Assembly (NCBI GenBank): GCA_029953675.1
Contig: JAMWBK010000007.1
Location: forward strand, 1,798,001-1,862,000
Reading direction: 5' to 3'
DNA from: Rhodosorus marinus CCMP1338
Lineage: Eukaryota > Plantae > Rhodophyta
Length of the DNA: 64,000 nucleotides
The translations under genes and the position numbers were made by a program. Positions 54,283 through 64,000 of the stretch are shown piece after piece. The notes under the pieces are model-generated. The model saw nothing but the letters and a program-made list of their open reading frames with translations. It was not told the DNA's origin and searched no databases. Numbering within the stretch: position 1 is the first letter of the stretch; every line of letters starts with the position of its first letter.

Positions 54283-56841
54283 ATGATTTACCAGTTTTGT
54301 ATCTTCGATCGAGGCGGGATGGTGCTTTGGATGGGCAAGTTTGAGCAGCTGACCAAGGTCTCTGGCTCGCCGATGGATCTTTTGGTACGGTCTGTTCTCC
54401 TGGAGGATCGTGCTGGAGCGACGAATTTTGCTTGTCGCGATTATCTGGTAAGAGTTTTTGATCCAGCACCAACAAGGACTTCGCCCGGCAGAAGAACGGT
54501 TCTCCTCTCTTGGCCTCCTAAAGCTTGGGTTTGGTATTTGTTTTCAATGAATTCAGATGGAGTGGAAATTTGCGAACGAGTACGGCCTCATCTTCGCGGT
54601 TTTGTATTCAAGAATCTACAAAGCACACTATGCCGGTCAGCTTTTGGAGAACGTGAAGACGGAGTTCTTGAGCCAGTACGGCGAGACCATCAAGGGCGGG
54701 AATTATGACAAGGTGAGCTCGGCAGTCATTATTACTTCAAGCTCCAAGCGAGTATGGAGCATTCTACTCCTGCGCTCCCTCAACCGAGTTACAGTGCTAA
54801 TCGATACCTGGCCAATCTTTTGTAATTGTTTTGTTCTTGCAGCTCGACTTGAGTCCTTTCTCGTCGACTTTTAGAATAATCTGGAAGAGGGTTGAGGCAG
54901 CATCCAATGCGAAGCCTCAAGAGGCCACACCAGTCGAGCAGAGGAAAGTAGTCAAGCCCATCACTGAGACACCAGTTCTAGCGAAACCAATTGGAAGAAC
55001 CGATCAGGCGCAGCCCGTAATTGAGAAGAAGGAGCAACCTTTCAGTTTTGGCAACGATGCTCCCACCGCGCCTGACGCACAAGCACCGCGGGCTTCCCAA
55101 AAAATGACCAAAGACGACCTCCTGAAGAAAATAATGGCGAGGAAAAACAAAGGAAAGTCAAACGAGCCCCAGTCCGCGGCTCCAGAGGCTCCAGTGAAAA
55201 GGTACCCAGATCTGGAAAACCCGTTCCTCTGGGACATTGTCAATGTGTGACTCAACCCGACCGTTTATTAGGGAAAAGACCAAACGCCTCCCAAGCGAGA
55301 ACAAGAGCATAACCAAGGCTGCCATGGGCGCGTTAGATCATTCAACCGGAGGTGCGGAAGATGAGGAAGAACAGCAAGTGGAGAGAGTGCGGCAACAGTT
55401 CATGGAGGCCCCAGCGAGCGATTACGATTTGATCCCCGCTGATGAAAGCGAACTGAACGATGATACCGTCGCAGAGTACGTGGGATTACTCATCTCAAGG
55501 GCGTGGTAGATCCGCTTAACGAATTATCACTCCGTGATGGCAGGGTCCAGGACGACTCGAAAGTCATGTCGTTCTTCAAAGGTCTTGCTGGAATCAAGGA
55601 GCTGACCAAGGAGGATCTCGCACCAGCTCTACAGAAACTTCAGGATCAACTAGTAGGCAAGAACGTGGCGGTAAATATTGCGGAGCAGCTGTGCAACTCA
55701 GTGGGGGCCTCATTGGAGGGTATCAAACCTGGTATGATGTGGAAACACCTAGCTATGGCCTGTGCCGTGAATACGAGGCCCTGTTAGTTGTTCTCGAGAA
55801 TGGTTTGTACTAAGTTCCTTTGCTATCCAAACAGGATCTTTCAGCTCAGTGTCTAGGCTCGTGCGGTCAGCAATGACCGATGCCCTCACGAGGCTTCTTA
55901 CCCCCAAACAAAGCATTGATATTCTAAGTCAGGCGAAGTCTGTCAAGAAGAACGAGAAGAGGCCATTTGTGGTTGTGTTCTGCGGAGTCAATGGTGTTGG
56001 CAAGAGTACCTCGTTGGCAAAGGTAGTTTGGCACGCACGTTGAAAAGCGGATAAGGCGAAGTGGGATGACCGTATGCTCATGGCTTAGCATTGCAACCTT
56101 CTTCTTTCGCTCCAAAAGGTATGCTTTTATCTGCAGCAACAAGGACTGGTGGTTCATCTCGCAGCGTGCGATACATTCAGGTCTGGCGCTGTTGAACAGC
56201 TGCGGACGCATGCACGATGTCTGAAGGCGGAGCTTCATGAGCAAGGATACAATAAGGATGCAGCCTCGGTGGCAAAATATGCAATCACTACGGCGGCAAA
56301 GAGCAACGCCGATGTCGTCTTGATAGATACCGCGGGTGGGTTTTACAGCTAGGGGTTACCAGAGATTCTCATCTCGTACTTATGCACTTTCTTGTATGTG
56401 TGATTCAGGCCGAATGCAAGACAATGAACCTCTGATGAGGTCACTCGCCAAGCTCATTTCCGTGAATTCGCCTGACCGTATTTTCTTCGTCGGCGAAGCA
56501 TTGGTGAGCAAATCCACCCACACAAATGAAGGCGATTCGGTCGTGAGCTCTGAGATTGCTCCTAATCGGATTTTTAAAAACTGCAGGTTGGAAACGACGC
56601 TGTCGATCAGCTGACGAAGTTTGATAGTGCAATTTCTACGCTTGCACCTCCGCAAAGTGTCCCGAGACACGTTGACGGCATAATTCTGACTAAATTTGAT
56701 ACAATTGACGACAAAGTCGGCGCGGCGGTCTCCATGGTATATGCCACAGGTCAACCCATCGTGTTCGTCGGCGTGGGCCAAACGTATATGGACCTTAGGA
56801 AAGTCAACTCGAAGGCGCTCGTCAACGCCCTTCTGAAATAA
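54283..56841 (+). CDS. SRPRA: Signal recognition particle receptor alpha subunit, multi-exon
   Basis: Longin N-terminus [16 protein letters not shown]; GTPase motifs [66 protein letters not shown] and [11 protein letters not shown]. Confidence 0.96.
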
Positions 56842-57135
56842 GTGAACTTGTGAGGAGGGACATTTCTCTTTTTGCTTTTCGACCCGGGTGTTCTCCTGAT
56901 GACCTTTCCGATCATAACTTAAAAGCTCGTGGTGCATCTGCACCTTACACACCAGATGATGATTCCAGCAACCGTAAGGTTTTCTGATAAAGCTTGATGG
57001 TATCGAACCACAAAGAGTGCACTCTTGAGCACATCATCGATGAATTTACTGCCGCCTAGCACCACAGAATCGTCCAGCATGAAAGAGTACCTCTTGACCA
57101 GCAAGTGAGAGGGCTACCATGACATCTCTTCAGAT

Positions 57136-59259
57136 TTAATCGACTCGTAGGCCGGAAAAAATAACGTTAACAAAGCAAAACGAGGCTAGAAAGCCGATAG
57201 ATCCAATCATGACGGATAAGAGTACAGAAATGACACCCATGTAGCTCATCACGATTATATCGGAAAGAAGATTCATGCCATCCAGCGTCTGATTCATGAA
57301 CAAGTAGAGTAAACTGTACAGGAACACGTAAAGACCGACTGTGCCAGGAGAAAGAAACGCATACCACCACCTAATCAAATTTGGAGAGGAACAAAGCATT
57401 GCGGTTTGTCAAGACAAACGAAAACCGAAGAGTCACTGACATTTAAACTTTTTGTGCTTCCTCTTACCACCTGTGATCTTCATTAATCAGCTTCACGTAA
57501 GTTACAACTATGCTCGTCTCTGCTGAAACCATAAGGACGACGAGGAAGACAAAAAAGAGGAAGCCGAACATGGCATAGATCTCGCTATGCCAGAGCGAAT
57601 TCAGAATGAACAAAAGCTCAACCGACATCACTCCGAACGGCAAGCCACCACTGGCAACGCACAGTGGTTTCCCGAAAAGGAACGACTGCAAAAGTTGAGA
57701 AACCGATCCAGATTCAGACAATGTTTTTTCTCATGAGCCAAAACCAGTAGATGGCCTACTCACCTGGTCAGGAATCTCTCTAGGAATGGAGCTGTAATTA
57801 GAGGTTGGTTCCACCCTCTTTCGATGGCATCCAATTTGAGCTCCAATGTAGCAAAGAGGGACGGATATACAAAACCAGAGAAGAAGAAGAATAAAGAGCG
57901 CTGGCACCGGAGTCCCGCCAATTGAACCAGTGATCCAGAACAAGAGGTTGATAACGAACACCACCGAGAAAACGAATCCAGGCACGATGAACGCTGTTCC
58001 CAACGCTACGTCTCGCATTCTTGCGCCATCCATATATCCATGCACTCTCGCGCTTGTGTATCCTGAAGAAAGCGGGAAATGGGAAAGAATCAGTCGACCC
58101 GTTGGGTTGGGCTGAACAATAGTCTTTCCGGCGGAAGCTTACCCGCCAAGGCGCTAGTGAGGATCCACAGTGTCACCGCAGCCATAGCCAATCGACCTCT
58201 GTATTCAGGAGTTAGGAAGCCCAACAGAGCTATCTGCAGGGTTATAGCCACAATGACCACAAGTTGCACACCTGTACCTGACAACACGCTGAGCAGGACA
58301 TGTTGTCTTGGCGGACGAAAGACGTCCCTCCTCAGAGATTTCCACCCCGTTTCATCAAGATCTGAACCGACGAGGTCAGAATTGACCAAATCCTTCCTCA
58401 GAGTTCGGAGGAGAATGAGCATGATCAAGGTACTGAGGAAGAGGCAGAGCAATGAGGAATTCACGATTGCAATCCACTGGGACTTCTGTCGCCCAGGGTA
58501 GGCTTTCTGCAAAGCGTCCCAACGAGTAACCCACTGCAGATCCGACTCCTTGAACACTACGTCGTACGTAAAGACGACCTCCGTATCGGACTCTCCAGAA
58601 AGTTTCATAGGGCTTTGCTCTTCAATATGGTCGCAGGTGGCTGGCCTTTTCCCCAGCTGTAGTGGACCGTGCTGAACTGAGAACGTGCTAGCCTCGAAGC
58701 CCACAACTCTATAGCCAATATCGTCGGTGAGCTCCGTTGCCGCAACCTTGTGATAGAGGATGGTGAATCTGATGTGGTTGTTGAAGTACAGAACCTCATC
58801 TTGGATCACCCCGAGAGGGTATCCGACGTGGCTTGAGGTCTCGCGTTTTTCCACTACTGGAAGGTTATCCAAGCTGAGCCTCACTCTGTAAGCGTTTTTA
58901 ACCAACCGCGTCAGTTTTGAAATCGCATCCTTGGAGAATGTGCTCGCGCAAAGCACCTCACAAGGGCTATCTCCTAGCATCGTGACCGCGTATCCAGTTG
59001 GTCTCATTCTCTCCCCCATCAGGAGCTGTCCAAGGTTGATCCTTGTTCTGGGATACTTCGCATCGTGATGGCAAAACGGTAGGGCGTAGTAGTCAAAGGG
59101 GATCTTCGTCCTGTCGGATGTTAGCTTATGGGCGAGGATTTCCAAACCGGATCCTTCCGGATACTCATCCGGAGCAACTCCAGGCAGGAGCGATCCATGA
59201 CAGCGCAGCATCCACAACCCCACAACCACCAAAAAACTAGACAACCAGCCGCGAGCCAT
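57136..59259 (-). CDS. Transmembrane 9 superfamily (nonaspanin/EMP70) protein, multi-exon
   Basis: Signal peptide then LLPGVAP; KLTS.RTKIPFDYYALPFC, NLGQLLMG, LDNLP, VFTYDVVF, ETGWKSLRRDVFRPP, GTGVQL, GGLPFGVMSVELLFILNSLW and WWYAFL. Confidence 0.93.
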
Positions 59260-59693
59260 TGCCTCCCGACCAACGATTGACAAAACACAAAAACAGAAAA
59301 CCCCACCAGAAAATAAAACAGCCGAGGTTAAGATCTATTCCGACCTTATCATCATATCCGATCTAACGATCCTCCGAAGCCAGAAAATCCTGCCACCAAA
59401 ACCGAAAGAACAGAACGCCTACCCTTATCCATACCCCCCCTCCCAAAACCACTAAAATCTATGAAACAGACTTCCTTCCTCTCAGATCTCTAATGCATTT
59501 TCCAACACGTCTTCTCCTTCAAATACCAAAAAAAATTCCATTCCTAAATTCCCCCAACAGTCTCCCCCCACCCCCCACCCCCCAATGCCTACCCTACCTT
59601 TCCCAACGTCTCCTCCCCACTCTCTCCCTCCCAACCCCAAACCCCAAACTACCAAATAAAAGTACAATCTGCAGACACCCAGTTGTCATAGAT

Positions 59694-60810
59694 CGTCCGA
59701 TATTGGTTATCGGACGCGTCCCATAAATTTTTTTCTTGGATAGAATATTGAAAAACAAAACTAAATTCCATTGTGAAAAGTTGAAATTATTGAAAAACAC
59801 CAGTCTGATTTCTAGTCTGATAAAATGTCTAATATCACTCAATCAACGATTGTCTAATAATCAATCATCTCCGTCAAACGATATTGAATTAGGATTACTT
59901 CTCGAGGTGACAAGCTGTCCCTCTCAAATATTGAATCATGATTACTTTTGATTACCAGGGTCTGTTTGTTGTACACAATCTTTTGTTGGCGTTGTTGAGG
60001 ATTGTACAGTGGATGCTCGTAGAGTTGTGTCTAGCCGTCGCGGGGTGCCAACTGGCTCTAGAACACGTGCGTGGACTCAACGCTCTCTTGCTGCCATGCG
60101 ACTCGGTACCTTCCCTGCAGCTTCCCGTCGTAGGGGTGCCGCTGCGAATGGTATGCGGAGGCGCAAGGAGTCAGTGTCCGTCGGAGGCGCGGCGCAAACC
60201 AACGCTGAGGTTTTTTTGGTTGTTTTTTTTGCAGTCTGCGCTCGCTTATCGGTTTGTTTTTACTTTCTCTAGAGGTCTTTTGGATTCATAGATAGCGCTG
60301 GGGATGCATGGTTGCGGGAATGTTGCCGCGACCTCGCCGATGCTCTTTCCCGACTGTATGCTTCCTTGAGTCTGACTCCCCGTGCTGTAAATGCTGCCCT
60401 AGTTTTGGAGGCGCGCTCTCTACGTCGTTGGTAGAGTACCTCATTCGGGGACCATAGCCTCTGATTAAACCGATGATCCAATGGGGTTTTCAGAATGCTC
60501 AAACAGGGAGGGGAAGGATATCGCAGCAAAGTGTGAACTAACAGTAGTCGTTAACGTCCATCGAAGAAGAAGATTGAGGTTCAATCAATATTCGTTATTG
60601 ATTGAAGAATATCGTATCGGACCCAAATCGGTCGTTAACGGACTGTTACCGGACAAACTAATTGTTTTCCCTTTTTATTCTTGTCAGATAAATTTGTATC
60701 GGACGCGAACCGGAAGCCAAATCAGCTAATCATTGCCTAGTCGCAGGTCTAATAATCATTAATCGGACCGTCTGATATTTATCGGACAGTATTGGCTTAT
60801 ATCGGACGGA
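59694..60810. repeat. Segment bounded by ~60-bp degenerate inverted repeats with clustered ATCGGAC motifs (possible decayed non-autonomous TIR element)
   Basis: 59703-59763 aligns by eye with the reverse complement of 60659-60720. A palindrome CGTCCGATA-ttggt-TATCGGACG sits at 59694-59716, and ATCGGAC occurs at 60616, 60698, 60762, 60781 and 60801. Confidence 0.5.
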
Positions 60811-61838
60811 AAGGCTCGAGTATGTCCCTTTCGTATCAGAGTATCCCGTCAATATAGCCATTTGGAAATCAAGCACCTCGATACGTACAAAACCTAACAA
60901 TTTTCAAAACACTTAATATTTCAACTATAATCATGAAACAATTGCCCAATCTAGTAACTTATGGGTGTCTAATCAATCCAAGTTGAGTATAATGACTGAG
61001 GTTGCCTGTTAGATATGTTTTTATTGTATACGTTAACGATAAATGACCGTTCTTGGTTTGAAATGATTAGTTTTGTCATTAGTGTAGATATATAGAGTGT
61101 ATATACGGTTTGGGGGTTTGCTTTCGGAATGGACACGACTTGGTTGAGGATGAGAGGGACGTGTGCGGAAGGCTGGATGGGGTTGAATGATGCTTTTATA
61201 AGCGAATTCTGTATTAGATTACTGTGCTTTGATGATTTAGATAGTCTCAGGAACTGTCTGTTGTGGAACCTACCCTCTCCGGCGCGACCCCTTTTGGGTG
61301 GGGTGGCATTGTGGAAAGGGCTGACTTGATCAGGATCTGTGGAATAATGCGTGCGACTGGATGACGCTTTGCGAGGAATTGTTACGTTAGATAGTCATAT
61401 TTGTATTTTTTAGACAGTCTCACGTGGGTTTGCTGGAAACGTCCACCACCCCTTCCGCTCCCATTCCATCCTCTCAATCGGATGGGGAAGGTGGCCCGTG
61501 AGGAAGAAAAGGTTATCTGGAGGACGGTGTGGAAGACTGTATCTTTGATAATGACTTGTGAGCAATGGTTCAACTATAATGTTCCACATATATATAGTTT
61601 TGGCAGTCTCACGAATCGTATGCAGTGGAATCTTCCTTCCCACCTTCGATAATCGCCTTTGATCGCTTTTTGATCAAGACCGCTGGCAGGGTTGGGCCGG
61701 CTTTGAATGGGGGGAGGGGGAATGAGGTGTGATTGAGATGAGCGTGAGCTGGCGACTTTGAGGTTGATGTTCTTGAAATAAATACATGTATATGTACATG
61801 TGTATGGCTGTTGTCTGTTCAAACTAATTATACACAGT

Positions 61839-62587
61839 ATGGCTGGTAATCACGAGGAGGGCAAGGAGCAAATGACGGTTGACAAACTTGTGCTCCACGA
61901 CACGCAGTTTATTAAGAAGCATTTGGATGATTTCATGATGAGGGTACTTGTCACTAAATAGAAATATGTGTCATCCTGACTTTGGGCGCTTGTTTGCTCC
62001 TCACAAAGCTTCCCTGTATCTGTGAATCCGTGATCTAAACAGGTGCTGAAGAGTGAGGGCTACGAAGAATCAAACCTGCTCGTGCTTTCGAATTTCATCG
62101 TCACTTCGATTGCTGTGGCGGCCGCAGTGTGTTCTCACTTCGTTCTCAAGGATTTCAAGACACAACAGCCTCTGATGATATTGTGCATCGCTGTATGGAT
62201 GGCTTGTTCCGTAATCCTCACCATGACGGAGAGAATGTACGGAGCAAACTTCTCGGGAGCTACCTACATAGGGTTTTCCGATCCGAAGCGCATCGGACCT
62301 GCACTACCATTCAAGTTTATCTGTGCAACAAGTACCCTGCCGAAGTAGGTGGCTGCGAATCCCGTCTTGAAAATATTCGAAAATGCTGAAGGGTGTTGCC
62401 CGTTCTTTGCAGGTATTCACAGGATTACACCCTGAAAATGACACCATCAAGAAGCCGCAAGCCGCTGGTGGAGCGGACGTTGCACTACAATGACTATTAT
62501 ACGAGTGACGGGCAATTTTTGAAGGAAAAGTTTGAAAGTCAGGTCAAGAAGACCATACGGGAGTTGACCTCTGCGAAAACCAAATAG
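61839..62587 (+). CDS. SPCS2: Signal peptidase complex subunit 2 (SPC25 family), 3 exons
   Basis: IKKHLDD..VL...GYEES, two transmembrane helices, LPKYSQDYTL and YYTSDGQFLKEKFESQV, which is the SPC25 layout. Confidence 0.85.
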
Positions 62588-62716
62588 GATATTAAAGCAC
62601 TTCTCTGATACCCGTTCCCTCTGCCAGTAACTCGTAAGTCGCATTCGATCAATAAGGTAAATTAATTTTTTATCCCATATCCAAGGGTTGATCTCGTGTC
62701 TCAGCAAGGGCAAAGT

Positions 62717-64000
62717 TTATGCAGGGGGAGGGAAGATGAAGTCTTGTCCATCCGAAAGCCACAAGCTATCATCATGGCACAGCTCATCGAGATTTGAAAT
62801 TTCCCCACCAGATCTCGTGAACGCTCTGCAATAGTTCTTTCCCTCCAGTTTTTCCGCTGCCAAGCGGAAGAAATGATCCAGAGTTTGAGGAACGATCATA
62901 GCCTTCCCGCCGTGGGCCTCCCCATTCCGGTGAACGGTGACCCTCATTTTTTGACCCATAGCTGCGTTAGTCATTGCAGCACTCAAGGCCGCCTGATCCA
63001 TAGTCATCAGCTGTGGATTAGCCTGCATCTGGAGCTGCAAAGCTTGGACTTGGCTAGGACCTAGTCCACCGATCGGAACAACAATTGGAGCGCCTACTCC
63101 TGGGTTCTGGCCGTTCGCTCCCGTTGCCAGTGCGCTCAGACGATGAATGCCAGATGGGTCATCCGGGTTATTGGGGTCCATATCTGTAGCATCGTGGATG
63201 CTCTTCTTCTTCCGCTGTTCTCTTGGAGTTTTTTGTCTAAGGAAATACTTTTGTGCATGACTTTGACATTGGTTCGCGGTTCTGGTGCCCACAGCCTCGG
63301 CGATCTGCACAAACACGTAGGAGATCATATTGGGAGCTTAGCCTCGCGCTATGCAATTGCAGACCATTCTGTGGAACCTACCCTCTTCCAATTCCCCTTC
63401 GAAAACTGGCGCATGGCTTCCAGGAATCTCTGATGTTCCTCAGGGGTCCAAGACTGCTTAAATCGTTTCTTTGATGGTGGCTCTTGAAGTCTGAGCACAC
63501 CTTGATAATCCGCAATATGTTTGCCATCCTTAGCGGGTTCGCTCATCCTGCGATCGTCTTCAACTTTTGACTTCATATCCTTGTGGAAAGGACAGTTACC
63601 TGCACAATAGCAGTTCCGTGGTTCAGCATCGCGTCGAGGAACGATGAATGCCTATATAAGCAGTCGTATCACGTACCAATTCTCCCACAAAGTGTGTCTC
63701 GCTGGTTGACGAAACCGCACACTTGATAACCCCTGGTGTTATATGCAACATCGTTTACAACGTATCTCCCCACTTTCGCTTCACCTTTTCCGTCCGAAGG
63801 TTCGCTCATTGGACGCTTCCTCTTCGATCTTCTGCCGTCATCCTTTCCGTCGTCCAAGTCACCTGGATACGTCCCATCCTCGACATTATGCATCTCCACG
63901 GCTAACGAAAAGCAAAACAAAACGCGGTGTCAATGCGGCAAACATCACCGCATGTACCTCCGAGCGTTCCAACGCCGAGGATCCTGTAAACTTACCGTCA
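62717..64000 (-). CDS. SHAQKYF-class Myb transcription factor with an N-terminal C3H zinc finger and a C-terminal KHA/DCX-like domain; 5' end outside the window
   Basis: Spliced Myb WTPEEHQRFLEAMRQFSKGNWKR|IAEAVGTRTANQCQSHAQKYF; zinc finger CGFVNQRDTLCGRIG|NCPFH; C-terminus RVTVHRNG..GKAMIVPQTLDHFFRLAAEKL..AFTRSGGEISNLDEL. A GTAAG donor at ~63995 implies an upstream exon. Confidence 0.9.

Noticed and set aside
56919-57104. Short ORF with VLGGSKFIDDVLK reminiscent of RAYT/IS200-like transposase tails
   Set aside because: Only a short motif with no HUH catalytic region, lying in the convergent 3' UTR zone of SRPRA and TM9SF.
60009-60529. Short ORFs inside the inverted-repeat-bounded segment as a transposase
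   Set aside because: No DDE, HTH or zinc-finger motifs, and they are too short.

Overview
This is eukaryotic nuclear DNA from a compact genome with many short (~60-120 bp) GT-AG introns, not prokaryotic DNA. A plastid transit peptide starting MAAFV.., plus Z-ISO and a cyanobacterial-type delta-9 desaturase, point to a plastid-bearing alga, most likely a red alga (inference). I recognise about 19 mostly housekeeping genes: CCA-adding enzyme, POLE2, KAE1, a TPLATE-like adaptin, DUF1295, desaturase, DUF4203, DED1/DDX3, CIA2, a Zwint/Sos7-like kinetochore protein, tRNase Z, HemK, NAT9, an M1 aminopeptidase, Z-ISO, RRS1, SRP receptor alpha, TM9SF, SPCS2 and a SHAQKYF Myb protein cut by the right edge. 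Two gene-poor islands (~15.2-18.9 kb and ~20.2-25.4 kb) hold decayed coding sequence and degenerate repeats. I found no CRISPR array, rRNA, tRNA or intact transposase. The least explained structures are (1) a four-copy ~270-305 bp tandem array at 39.2-40.3 kb that keeps two hairpins despite indels, (2) a ~1 kb segment at 59.7-60.8 kb bounded by degenerate inverted repeats with clustered ATCGGAC motifs, and (3) a Myb protein fused to an SCA7-pattern zinc finger and a KHA/DCX-like domain. Exon boundaries and family assignments were made by eye and from memory; no database search was run.
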